64,000 nt of DNA from a bacterium (GTDB lineage: Bacteria > UBA8248): the NCBI GenBank assembly GCA_965219955.1, contig OZ244799.1, positions 1,440,001 through 1,504,000 of the forward strand, read 5' to 3'. Under the pieces are notes generated by a model. The model did no database searches and was not told the DNA's origin. It saw only the letters and a program-made list of their open reading frames with translations. Shown here one piece after another: positions 29,121 to 38,806 of this stretch. A program made the position numbers and the translations under genes. Every line of letters starts with the position of its first letter. Within the stretch, counting starts at the first letter, position 1.

Positions 29121-30869
29121 ATGGCTACGGACACCGCAGTACCCCAAATCGACGTCGCTCCCCCGCGCGGCTGGCGCACATGGTTCACGCAGGAGAACAT
29201 CATTACCACTGTCGTCGGCCTCATCGTGGCGGTGGCGGTCATCGTGCCCCTGGTCGCGCTCGTCATCAACAGCTTCCTGGTGCTCGACGACCTGGGCTTC
29301 GACACCGAATGGGGGCTCCAGAACTACAGGGATATATTCCAGGGCCGCGTCATCAAAAAAGCCCTCATCAATACCGCCATCATCAGCACGGGCTGCACCA
29401 TCCTGGCCACGCTCCTGGGCGTATCGCTCGCGTGGATCAACGCGAGAACGAACTGCCCGTTCAGGGAGAAGCTCGAGCCCTTCAACCTCATTCCCTTCTT
29501 CCTGAGTCCTTTCGTGGGCGCCATCGCCTGGCACAACCTGGCCTCTCCGAAAATCGGCCTGCTGAACAACATGGCGAAAAGTTTCTTCGGCATTGATTTT
29601 CCGCTTTTCAACGTCAACAACCTGTGGGGCGTCATCTGGGTGACGGGGATTTTCTTCGCTCCACTCGTCTACCTGTTCGTGGTGGGTTCGCTCAGGCGCA
29701 TGGACCCCTCTCTCGAGGACAGCGCCCGGACGACGGGAGCGGGGCTGTTGCGAACCACATTTACCATCACACTGCCCCTCGTGACGCCGGCGATTCTCTC
29801 GGGCGCCATCATCGTGTTCGTGACGACGGCCGGGGAGTTCGGCGTTCCCTTCAAGCTCTCAGCCCCCTTCGGCTGGGAGACGCTGACCACGCAGATTTTC
29901 ACGAAAGCGGTGGGAGACGACGCGAATCACTACCTGGGCGCCGCCATGAGCATGGTGGTGGGCGTGGTGACGGCGTTCTTCATCTGGATTCAGCACAGAA
30001 TCATCGCGCCCCGCTCGTATACGACGGTGACCGGCAAGGGTTTCAGGCCGAATCTCATCGACCTGGGCAACTGGAAGTGGCTCGCCTTCGCCTATAACAT
30101 ATTTTACGTGTGCGTCGCCGTGGTTCTTCCCATCATCTGCCTTTTCTTCGTGAGCCTCCACAAGATATGGTCGGGAAGAATCATCTGGTCGGAGCTCACT
30201 TTCTGGAACTACCAGAAGGTGCTCTTCTTCTGGTGGCCCGAGAGCATCGACGCGGCCACGAACGGCATCATCAACAGCTTCATCCTCGCGTTCGGCGGCG
30301 CTTCCATCGCCATGGTGGTGGCCATCATCGTGAGCTACATGATCCACCGCACCAAGGGCTTCGGCGCGCGAATGCTCGATTTCCTGAGCGTCATCCCCAT
30401 CGGTTTCCCCGGCATCGTGCTGGCGATGGGCGTTCTCGTCACTTATATCAAAACACCCATCTACGCCACGCTGTGGATTCTGCTGCTCGGCTACATCACG
30501 CGCTTTTTCCCGTACGGGCAGCGGAACATCTCCTCCATCATGATGGCCGTATCGGAAGAACTCGACCAGAGCTCGCGCATGGCGGGCGCTTCGTGGCTCA
30601 CCACGCTCAGAAGAATCACGATTCCGCTGCTCAAGCCGGGCATCTTCGCCGGGTGGATTCTGCTGTTCGTCATCTTCTTGAGGGAACTCTCCATCTCCAT
30701 CATACTGTATTCCGCCGGAACGGAGACGCTCTCCGTCGGCGTGTACTATCTCTCGAACTTCGAGAACGAACCCATGACGTCGGCCCTTTCCATCGCACAG
30801 ACGGTCGCGCTGCTGATCTGCGTCGTCATCTTCAGGAAAGTCGCCGGCAAAGAGGCGCTGACGGCGTAA
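29121..30869 (+). CDS. ABC permease, fused two-domain FbpB type
   Basis: Two EAA loops (LEDSARTTGA, LDQSSRMAGA); many TM helices. Confidence 0.92.
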   Translation: MATDTAVPQIDVAPPRGWRTWFTQENIITTVVGLIVAVAVIVPLVALVINSFLVLDDLGFDTEWGLQNYRDIFQGRVIKKALINTAIISTGCTILATLLGVSLAWINARTNCPFREKLEPFNLIPFFLSPFVGAIAWHNLASPKIGLLNNMAKSFFGIDFPLFNVNNLWGVIWVTGIFFAPLVYLFVVGSLRRMDPSLEDSARTTGAGLLRTTFTITLPLVTPAILSGAIIVFVTTAGEFGVPFKLSAPFGWETLTTQIFTKAVGDDANHYLGAAMSMVVGVVTAFFIWIQHRIIAPRSYTTVTGKGFRPNLIDLGNWKWLAFAYNIFYVCVAVVLPIICLFFVSLHKIWSGRIIWSELTFWNYQKVLFFWWPESIDAATNGIINSFILAFGGASIAMVVAIIVSYMIHRTKGFGARMLDFLSVIPIGFPGIVLAMGVLVTYIKTPIYATLWILLLGYITRFFPYGQRNISSIMMAVSEELDQSSRMAGASWLTTLRRITIPLLKPGIFAGWILLFVIFLRELSISIILYSAGTETLSVGVYYLSNFENEPMTSALSIAQTVALLICVVIFRKVAGKEALTA

Positions 30870-30873
30870 GACG

Positions 30874-31971
30874 ATGAGTGAAAACAACTATCTCCAGGTC
30901 GACCATCTCGTTAAATACTTCGGCGACGACCGCGCCGTGGACGGCATTTCCTTCGGCATTCCGGAGGGGAAATTTCTCACCCTGCTCGGCCCTTCGGGCT
31001 GCGGGAAGACCACGACGCTCATGTGCATCGCCGGTCTCCACAAACCGGATGCCGGCGAGATTCGCATCGGTTCGGACCCGGTCACCTCGATAGAAAAACG
31101 CGTCAACACCGCGCCCGAGAAGCGAAACATCGGCATGGTGTTCCAAAGCTACGCCATCTGGCCGCACATGGACGTGACGCAGAACGTGGCCTACCCGCTC
31201 GAGATACGCAACATGGCGCAATCCGAAATCGACGACCGCGTCGCCGAGGCGCTCGAGATCGTCGGCCTCACCGACATGGCGGACAAAAACGCCACGCAGC
31301 TCTCGGGCGGCCAGCAGCAAAGGGCGGCCCTCGCGCGCGCGATGGTCTTCCGGCCGCGCCTTCTGCTCTTCGACGAGCCGCTCAGCAACCTCGATCTCAA
31401 GCTCAGGGAGCAGATGCGCGTCGAACTCAAGCGGATTCAGCACGAAATCGGCATCACCTCGATCTACGTGACGCACGACCAGGCGGAAGCCCTCGTGATG
31501 AGCGATGAGATTATCGTGATGAGCAAGGGGCACATCGAGCAATCGGGCGGCCCGCATAACATATACGCGCGGCCCGTCAACAGGTTCGTGAGCGATTTCA
31601 TCGGCGTGGCGAACCTGACCGAGGGCCGAATCGTCGGTAACGGCGGAGGGGGCGCCGGGGCTATCGAGATATCCCAGGGCGGTGAGAGCGTGCAACTGCC
31701 CTGCCTGCTCGCCGACGGCCTGACGGAGGGCGACGACGCCTATCTCTCCGTTCGCCCCGAGAACGTGGACGCCTCGCGCGAGCCCATGGACGGCCCCCGG
31801 ATCGAGGGCGAAGTGATTCAGTCCGTCTTTCTGGGCAACTGCCTCGACTGCCGGGTGAAGTGGGGAGAGTTCGAGTGGAAGGTGCTGGCGCATTCGAGAG
31901 AGCGCCTGCGCGTGGGCGAGAAGGTGTACGTGCGCCTCGACCCCGACCATACACTGGCCGTCAAGCCCTAG
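30874..31971 (+). CDS. ABC ATPase (PotA/FbpC-like)
   Basis: GPSGCGKT, LSGGQQQR, DEPLSNLD, TOBE domain. Confidence 0.93.
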   Translation: MSENNYLQVDHLVKYFGDDRAVDGISFGIPEGKFLTLLGPSGCGKTTTLMCIAGLHKPDAGEIRIGSDPVTSIEKRVNTAPEKRNIGMVFQSYAIWPHMDVTQNVAYPLEIRNMAQSEIDDRVAEALEIVGLTDMADKNATQLSGGQQQRAALARAMVFRPRLLLFDEPLSNLDLKLREQMRVELKRIQHEIGITSIYVTHDQAEALVMSDEIIVMSKGHIEQSGGPHNIYARPVNRFVSDFIGVANLTEGRIVGNGGGGAGAIEISQGGESVQLPCLLADGLTEGDDAYLSVRPENVDASREPMDGPRIEGEVIQSVFLGNCLDCRVKWGEFEWKVLAHSRERLRVGEKVYVRLDPDHTLAVKP

Positions 31972-31983
31972 GGGATAGATAGC

Positions 31984-33081
31984 GTGTCATTCGTCGAAAT
32001 CAAGAAACTGGTGAAATCATTCGGGCCCGAAGTGGCCGTGGCGGGCATCGACCTTTCCGTCGAACAGGGAGAGTTCGTCACCCTCCTGGGGCCTTCGGGC
32101 TGCGGAAAAACCACGACGCTCCGGTGCATCGCCGGCCTCGAGCATCCCGACAGCGGCGATATTCAAATCGAGGGAGACTACGTCACTTCCGTGTCGAACG
32201 AGGTTTTCCTGACGCCGGAGGAAAGAAACCTCGGCATGGTGTTCCAGAGCTACGCCGTCTGGCCGCACATGACGGTCTTCGACAACGTGGCCTACGGCCT
32301 GAGGATCCGGCGCGAAACCAGGGCCGCCATCAAGGAGAAAACGACGAAGGCGCTCGACCTCGTGGGTCTGGGCCATCTCGCGGAGCGCTACGCCACCAAG
32401 CTTTCAGGCGGGCAGCGCCAGCGCGTCGCCCTCGCTCGCGCCATCGTCTACAACCCCAAGGTGGTGCTCTTCGACGAGCCCCTGAGCAACCTCGACGCCA
32501 AGTTGCGCGAGCAGATGCGCATCGAACTCACCCGCCTGCAGCATGACGTGGGCATCACATCGATCTACGTCACGCACGACCAGACCGAGGCGCTCGTGAT
32601 GAGCGACAGGGTCGTCGTGATGGACAAGGGCGTGATCCAGCAAATCGGCGACCCCGAATCCATCTACGCCGAACCCACGAACGCGTTCGTGGCGAATTTC
32701 ATCGGCGTGGCCAACCTCATGGAAGGCAAGCTTCTCGGCCACGACGGGGAGCTGACGGACCTCGAAATTCCCCTGGGTGACGGCAGCGCTCCCATCCGCC
32801 TGAAAGCCACCGGCGCGGAAGGGTCCCCCGCCGGGTCGAAAATCATCCTGAGCATCCGCCCGGAGGACATCCTGCTTCACCTCGAAAAACCGGCCGAGGC
32901 GATGAACCTTATCGAAGGCGAGGTGATCGACACCGTGTATCTGGGCAACTTCCTCGACTGCCAGGTCCAGGTCGGCCCGCACGAGGTGGGCGTGCAAATC
33001 GACCACTTCGAGGAACTCGACACCGGACAGAAGGTGTATCTCTCCTTCACGCCCGACCACGGCCTTTGCCTCACCGAATAG
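31984..33081 (+). CDS. Second ABC ATPase (PotA/FbpC-like)
   Basis: GPSGCGKT, LSGGQRQR, DEPLSNLD. Confidence 0.93.
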   Translation: MSFVEIKKLVKSFGPEVAVAGIDLSVEQGEFVTLLGPSGCGKTTTLRCIAGLEHPDSGDIQIEGDYVTSVSNEVFLTPEERNLGMVFQSYAVWPHMTVFDNVAYGLRIRRETRAAIKEKTTKALDLVGLGHLAERYATKLSGGQRQRVALARAIVYNPKVVLFDEPLSNLDAKLREQMRIELTRLQHDVGITSIYVTHDQTEALVMSDRVVVMDKGVIQQIGDPESIYAEPTNAFVANFIGVANLMEGKLLGHDGELTDLEIPLGDGSAPIRLKATGAEGSPAGSKIILSIRPEDILLHLEKPAEAMNLIEGEVIDTVYLGNFLDCQVQVGPHEVGVQIDHFEELDTGQKVYLSFTPDHGLCLTE

Positions 33082-33085
33082 CCCC

Positions 33086-34132
33086 ATGTCCCCCCGCGCT
33101 CAAGCAGGCCCCAAACTTCTGGCGGGTGGGGATATCGCTATCAACCGAGCGGAGGCGAAAGGCGCTTTCGGCAGGCTGATTCCCCTCCTCCGTGAAGCGG
33201 ACGTCTCTTTCGCCAACCTGGAACTGCCCCTTTCTCACGACGGAAAACCCGCGCCCGAGAAAATCTTGTTGCGCGGCGCGCCGGATATGGCCGGCGCCCT
33301 CACCGAGGCCGGCTTCGACGTCATGGCCTTTGCGAACAATCATGTGCTCGACTACGGAGAAGACGCCTTTGCGGAAACCATGTCGCTCATGGATTCTCTG
33401 GGCGTCGCCCTCGTGGGCGGCGGGGTGAACCTCGCGCAGGCGAGAAAACCCGTCCTCATCGAACGCGGGAATCTGGCGATTGGCTTTCTGGCGTACTGCT
33501 CCGTCATCCCGAGGGGGTTCGAGGCCACGGCGGCCGGGCCGGGCGTGAACCCCATACGCGCCCACACGGCCTACCGCCCCTGGCGCGACCTCTCGGAATA
33601 CCCGGGCACCCCGCCGCGAATCGAAACCTGGGCGGAACCCGCCCATCTCGCGCGCATGAAGCGCGACGTTCGAAGCCTCAAGAAAAAAGCGGACCTGGTC
33701 GTCGTGAACCACCACTGGGGCACGAGCATGACGCACGAGGTAATGGCTTTCGAGCGAGAAATCGCCCACGCCACCATCGACGCGGGCGCGGACCTCGTTT
33801 TAGGAGGCCACCCGCACGTCCTGCAGGCTGTCGAATTCCACAAGGGCGCGCCCATCGTCTACAGCATGGGGAACCTGATATTCGACTTCGACATCCCGTT
33901 TTTCACCGACGAGACGCACGACACCTTCCTGTTCGGCTGCGCGCTGACCAAAAAGGGAGTGAGAGACCCTTACCTGATTCCCGTAACGGCCGGCGTATTC
34001 TCCAGACCCAGGCTCCATTCGCCCAGGCGGGGCGAGGGCCGCCGAATCACGGGCGTCATGGAAGCGCTCAACGAACCCTTCGGGACGAAACTGGAAGTTC
34101 AAGGCGATCGGGTGCTGATTTCCGCACCCTAA
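33086..34132 (+). CDS. CapA/PGA_cap-family metallophosphoesterase
   Basis: GGD, NLE, ANNHVLDYG, HWG, GGHPHVLQ, YSMGN. Confidence 0.9.
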   Translation: MSPRAQAGPKLLAGGDIAINRAEAKGAFGRLIPLLREADVSFANLELPLSHDGKPAPEKILLRGAPDMAGALTEAGFDVMAFANNHVLDYGEDAFAETMSLMDSLGVALVGGGVNLAQARKPVLIERGNLAIGFLAYCSVIPRGFEATAAGPGVNPIRAHTAYRPWRDLSEYPGTPPRIETWAEPAHLARMKRDVRSLKKKADLVVVNHHWGTSMTHEVMAFEREIAHATIDAGADLVLGGHPHVLQAVEFHKGAPIVYSMGNLIFDFDIPFFTDETHDTFLFGCALTKKGVRDPYLIPVTAGVFSRPRLHSPRRGEGRRITGVMEALNEPFGTKLEVQGDRVLISAP

Positions 34133-34192
34133 GAATCAATCCCCCGCGAATATCGACAGCACCACCGGCGAGCTTTGCCTTGCAGGATATTC

Positions 34193-34552
34193 CTAACTCA
34201 GCACCCCGTCGGCGTCGCGAACCGGCCCCTTGATGATGATGGCCTGCATCTTCTCGCCCACGGCCGCCGTCTTGTGCTCCATGCCTGCGGGGATGAACGC
34301 CACCGCCCCCGGGTAGAGGTCGATTTTCTCGCCGTGCGTCTCCGTATAGCCCCGTCCGCTCAGCACCCAGATGACTTCCTCCTGTCCGGGGTGCGCGTGC
34401 GGCTCGTGCGGGGTGGCGGGGTCGTACTCGGTGAGCCCCACGCGCACGTGTTCGGAGCCGTTGGCGGCCGGGCTCACCAGGATTTTCGTCTGCCCCCAAT
34501 CCACGGGCTTGAAAGCCGCTTTCTGAACGTCCACCACTGATTTCTCCGGCAT
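34193..34552 (-). CDS. Cupin-domain protein
   Basis: PHAHPGQEEVIWVLSG...FIPAGMEH. Confidence 0.88.
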   Translation of the reverse strand: MPEKSVVDVQKAAFKPVDWGQTKILVSPAANGSEHVRVGLTEYDPATPHEPHAHPGQEEVIWVLSGRGYTETHGEKIDLYPGAVAFIPAGMEHKTAAVGEKMQAIIIKGPVRDADGVLS

Positions 34553-34596
34553 TCCATTCTCCTATATTTTACTTGAATAATTTTTAATAACCCATT

Positions 34597-35652
34597 CTAT
34601 CTTAACCTGTTCCTTACGGCATCTGCGCATTCTTTCGTGGTCAATTTCCCTCCGATATCTCCAGTGCGCTCCCCGTGCGCGATAGCCTCTTCCACGGCGC
34701 GCCGGATGGCGGCTCCGCCCGCCCCGCAGCCCAGGTGATCCAGCAACAAAGCGCCCGTCAAAATGGCCGCCATCGGGTTGGCGATACCGCGCCCGTAGAT
34801 GTCGGGCGCCGTGCCGTGGACCGGCTCGAACATCGAGACGCCCTCGAGATTCACGTTCGCGGAAGGCGCCAGGCCCAGCCCGCCCACGAGGCCGGAGGTG
34901 ATGTCGCTCAGAATGTCGCCGAACATGTTGTTGGTGACGATGACGTCGAATTCTCCTGGATGCTGAATCACCTCCATCGCCACCGCGTCGATGTGCCTGG
35001 CTTCGGACTCGACGTCCTCGAAATCCGCGCGCACCTCATCGAACACGCGCCGCCAGATTCCGCCCGCGTAGCGAAGCCCGCTCGCCTTGTCCGCCATGGT
35101 GACTTTTCTGCGCTTATGACGCCTCGCGAACTCGAACGACGCCCGGATGACGCGCTCCACCCCCTTGTAGGTGTGCACCTCTTCCTGAAGAGCGACCTCG
35201 TCTTTCGTGCCCTCCTTGAAAAACCCGCCCACGTTCACGAACAAACCCTCGGTGTTCTCGCGCACGACGACGTGGTCGATGTCGCCCGCCCCTTTATTCT
35301 TGAGGGGCGTCAAATCCTCATGGTAGAGCCTGCAGGGGCGGATGTTCGCGTATAAATCCAGCCCGAAGCGAACCCCCAGAATCACTTCTTCCTGCACGAT
35401 GGAACCGGGAACCCGCGGATCGCCGATGGCCCCCTGAAAAACGGCGTCGAAACCCGCCCGAAGGGTATCGCAGCCGTCTTCGGGCATCCCCCTGCCCTGC
35501 TCCAGATACCGGTCGCTCCCCCAGTCGAAGTATTCGAACTCGACCGGAAACGAAGCGGCCTCGGCCGCCGCCCGGAGCGTCTCCTCCGCCTCGGGCATCA
35601 CCTCGTTCGCGATTCCGTCTCCGCGCACCACCGCTATGCGAGCCACTCTCAT
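34597..35652 (-). CDS. Isopropylmalate/tartrate-type beta-decarboxylating dehydrogenase
   Basis: GDGIANEV, RENTEG, NMFGDILSD, FEPVHGTAPDI. Confidence 0.88.
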   Translation of the reverse strand: MRVARIAVVRGDGIANEVMPEAEETLRAAAEAASFPVEFEYFDWGSDRYLEQGRGMPEDGCDTLRAGFDAVFQGAIGDPRVPGSIVQEEVILGVRFGLDLYANIRPCRLYHEDLTPLKNKGAGDIDHVVVRENTEGLFVNVGGFFKEGTKDEVALQEEVHTYKGVERVIRASFEFARRHKRRKVTMADKASGLRYAGGIWRRVFDEVRADFEDVESEARHIDAVAMEVIQHPGEFDVIVTNNMFGDILSDITSGLVGGLGLAPSANVNLEGVSMFEPVHGTAPDIYGRGIANPMAAILTGALLLDHLGCGAGGAAIRRAVEEAIAHGERTGDIGGKLTTKECADAVRNRLR

Positions 35653-35825
35653 CTCTCCCCTGTTCCAGACAGCATTCCCGAAAAGAAGCGCATTTTGACA
35701 AAACGCGAGCGCAACCCGCAAGGCGAGCCGCAACCCGGCGCGACTTCCCGAAAAACGCATAGACGGGCTAATATGCGCAGTATTCACGGCATCATCAAAA
35801 TCAACATTTTTTCGAGGAGATGTTC

Positions 35826-36923
35826 ATGGTTGAGTCCGGTCCCCTGCCCGAAGGCACGGTGCGGTTTCCCGCCGAAGTTATCGAAGAGTTCGTCTACACC
35901 ATCTTCCGCAACAAGGACGTGCCCGAGGACGACGCCCGCCTGGTGGCGAAAGTATTGGTCAGCGCCGATTTGAGAGGCATCCGCAGCCACGGGGCGGCGC
36001 GGCTGACCTTCTTCATGGTTCGCATCGAGAACGGCGTGCTCAACAACAGGCCCGACATGAAGTTCTACAAGGGAAGCGACACCACCGGCCTTCTCGACGC
36101 GGACGACGCCATCGGCATCGTCGCCTCGAACCGCGCGATGGACGAGGCCCTCGCCATGGCGGAAAAGCACGGCTCCGGCTTCGTGACCGTGCGCAACAGC
36201 AGCCACTTCGGGTATGCAGGCTATTGGGCCCAAAAGGCGATGGAGGCGGGTTTCATCGGCATCAGCATGACGAACGGCGGACGGCGCACCGCGCCCACCT
36301 TCGGGGCGGAGGCGATCTTCGGCACAAACCCGATGAGCGTGGCGATACCCGGCGGGCCGGGAGGAACCGATTTTCATCTCGACATGGCCACCGCCGTAAC
36401 CGCCGTGGGTAAAATCGAGACGGCGCTGCGCGAAGGGCGCGAAGTCCCCAAGGGGTGGGTGCTCTCCTCGCTGGGAACGCCGACCCTGAACGAGAAGAGC
36501 ATCCTGAACTACGAGGTGCCGCTCGCGCCCCTGGGCGGCGAGGGAGACGAGACCGGCGGCCACAAGGGCTACGGTCTCCAGCTGATGGTGGATATTCTGT
36601 GCGGCGTGCTCTCGGGCGCGGGTCTGGAAAGCCGCCTGGCGGGCGCGGCAGGCAAGGCGAAATCCGCCACGGGCCACTTCATGGGCGCGATCAAGACGTC
36701 CGGCTTCAGGGACTTGTCCGCCATATACGGGGACATGACGAAACTCTTCGAGACCATCCGGGGGGCGAAAAAAGCGCCGGGCCACGACCGCATCTACATT
36801 CACGGCGAGCCCGAGGCCATTGCCGAGGAGGAGAACAGGCGCATCGGCGTGCCCATCACCCCCGCCGTCCTGGAGCAGATGCAAAGGCTGAACGAGGAAC
36901 TCGAACTCGGTTTCGAGCTTTAG
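35826..36923 (+). CDS. Ldh_2 (malate/L-lactate/sulfolactate dehydrogenase) family oxidoreductase
   Basis: ADLRGIRSHG, NSSHFG, GTNP, LDMAT, HKGYGL. Confidence 0.9.
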   Translation: MVESGPLPEGTVRFPAEVIEEFVYTIFRNKDVPEDDARLVAKVLVSADLRGIRSHGAARLTFFMVRIENGVLNNRPDMKFYKGSDTTGLLDADDAIGIVASNRAMDEALAMAEKHGSGFVTVRNSSHFGYAGYWAQKAMEAGFIGISMTNGGRRTAPTFGAEAIFGTNPMSVAIPGGPGGTDFHLDMATAVTAVGKIETALREGREVPKGWVLSSLGTPTLNEKSILNYEVPLAPLGGEGDETGGHKGYGLQLMVDILCGVLSGAGLESRLAGAAGKAKSATGHFMGAIKTSGFRDLSAIYGDMTKLFETIRGAKKAPGHDRIYIHGEPEAIAEEENRRIGVPITPAVLEQMQRLNEELELGFEL

Positions 36924-37124
36924 GCTTTCGGCGAGGTTCAAGCGTAGGGGCCGCATACGGGATTGTCGAAAACCCCTTCGTCCCGAGCAGCGCCCTCGTT
37001 CGCCTCACCCTGAGTAGCGGCGAAGCCGCGTATCGAAGGGAGGTTGTTGAAAAAGCTCCCATTCCAGGGGGTCAGAGGAGACGCCCCTCTCGGCTTGAAA
37101 GGCCCCCCCTACCCCCCCTTGACA

Positions 37125-37407
37125 GGGGTTGTTGAAAAACTCAGGAACTCTGGATTTGTCGTATGTAACCAACCAACGAGAGAGAAAAATCACTCCCCCC
37201 TTGAGGGGGAGTCGATGAAGCCGAGCGGTTTGTGCGAAGGCTGAATCGGTGGGGGGAAATACGTTTTATCGCCATCCGAATTATACCCCCCACCGACTCG
37301 CTTTCGGGCTTACGCCCTTAGCTCTTCGACTCCCCCTCAAGGGGGGAGTGAACGTCAAAAACTTGCGCTCAACCAAAATCGGTCCACGGGGCTTTTTCAA
37401 CGGCCCC
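37125..37407. mobile_element. MITE-like element inserted into a C/G hairpin, containing the 160-bp repeat
   Basis: Ends GGGGTTGTTGAAAAA / TTTTTCAACGGCCCC; flanks TGACA / GGACA. Confidence 0.78.
37191..37350. repeat. ~160-bp palindromic element, copy 2
   Basis: Nearly identical to 11361-11522. Confidence 0.92.
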
Positions 37408-37499
37408 GGACAGGGGGGTAAGGGGGGGTTGCCTTTATCCCCGATGAGGGGTTGGGGCGCTTACGCGGGATGAGGTATCAGAGGTTCCGCGAAGCCCGC

Positions 37500-38087
37500 T
37501 CAAGACCCGGCCGCCCGCTTCAGGTATTCGACGATCGCGGGAGCGTCCCATTTGCGGGCGCCGATGATTTTTTGCAGGAGGCGGCCCTGGCGGTCCACGA
37601 TGAACGTCTCCGGCACGCCGGTCGTGCGGTAGAGCTTCTTGATGCTCCCGCGCGGGTCGAGCAGAATCGGGAACGTGAGGCCGAAGCGGTCGACGAATTT
37701 CCGGACCGCATCCGCCCCCAGGGCGTCGATGCTCACCGCCAGTATCTCGAACGGCGCGCCGTCTTTTTTCATCCGGGCGTAGAGGCGCTGCAAATCCGGC
37801 ATCTCATCCAGGCACGGGACGCACCACGTGGCCCACACGTTGATGAGAACCACCTTGTCCTTCCGGCTTGCGAGAGAGACGCTCCCACCACCCAGAAGCG
37901 GGTATTCAAAGGGGGGTACTTGCCGGCCGATTTCCAGATTGGTCACCGGCGCTTGCTCGACATGCTCCGTCGTCAGGCGCTCGCCCACCGCCCAGAGCAG
38001 CGTCAAGAGCACCGGCGCCAGAATGAACGAGAGAGCCAGCCGCTTCGCCTTTCGCTGGTCTGGCTTCGAGCTGTTAGACGCTGCCAT
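37500..38087 (-). CDS. Membrane-anchored TlpA/ResA (CcmG-role) thiol-disulfide reductase
   Basis: WATWCVPC, GVPETF, N-terminal TM helix. Confidence 0.9.
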   Translation of the reverse strand: MAASNSSKPDQRKAKRLALSFILAPVLLTLLWAVGERLTTEHVEQAPVTNLEIGRQVPPFEYPLLGGGSVSLASRKDKVVLINVWATWCVPCLDEMPDLQRLYARMKKDGAPFEILAVSIDALGADAVRKFVDRFGLTFPILLDPRGSIKKLYRTTGVPETFIVDRQGRLLQKIIGARKWDAPAIVEYLKRAAGS

Positions 38088-38091
38088 ACTT

Positions 38092-38775
38092 TCAACTTTT
38101 CTCATCGAGCAAGTGCCCTACGAGAGCGAAGGCGGCCTCGCTGTCCCATTCGCGGGGTCCTACGCCGTAGCCCACTACCTGGCCTTGCCTGTCCAGGAGA
38201 TACGTCGTCGGCAGGCCCCGCACCTTGTAGAGCGCCTTCGCCTTGTGCTCGGGGTCGAGGACGATGGGGAAAGTCAGTTTCAGCTTTGCGACGAATTCGC
38301 GCACATCGTCTTCATTGCCCTGGTCCAGCGATATCGCTACGATCTCGAGACCACTCGGCTTGTATTTCGCATAAAGCCGCTCCATCGAGGGCATTTCCCG
38401 GATGCACGGCTGGCACCACGTCGCCCAGAAATTCACCAGGACGAGCTTGCCCGTATGCTGCGTGAGGGAATGATTCTGACCATCCAGGGCCTTGAGCATC
38501 ACGTCCGGGGCATCGGCGCGCTGGACCTGCTTCAGAAAAATCATGTCGCGGTAGAGTGAGTCGTCATCTCCTGCGCCTTCCTTCGGCATGACCTGCGCCT
38601 GCTTTCTTTCCACCTCTTGCGCCGGCCGCTCCCCCTGTTTTCCGAAATACACAATCATCCAGACAACCAGGACGAGGCTGATCACCATTCCAGTCAGCCG
38701 CCATTTGATGCTCCGGCGGGGTGGAGAGAATCCGTCGAGATTTCTGGCGAGTTCGGTTTTGGGATTATAATTCAT
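38092..38775 (-). CDS. Second TlpA/ResA-family reductase
   Basis: NFWATWCQPC, GLPTTY, N-terminal TM helix. Confidence 0.9.
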   Translation of the reverse strand: MNYNPKTELARNLDGFSPPRRSIKWRLTGMVISLVLVVWMIVYFGKQGERPAQEVERKQAQVMPKEGAGDDDSLYRDMIFLKQVQRADAPDVMLKALDGQNHSLTQHTGKLVLVNFWATWCQPCIREMPSMERLYAKYKPSGLEIVAISLDQGNEDDVREFVAKLKLTFPIVLDPEHKAKALYKVRGLPTTYLLDRQGQVVGYGVGPREWDSEAAFALVGHLLDEKS

Positions 38776-38806
38776 CGAATGCTCTCAGCGTGCGGAGTAT
38801 GGCGGC

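Noticed and set aside
33086-34132. Poly-gamma-glutamate capsule locus
   Set aside because: No capB/capC nearby; CapA-domain proteins are widespread outside capsule loci.
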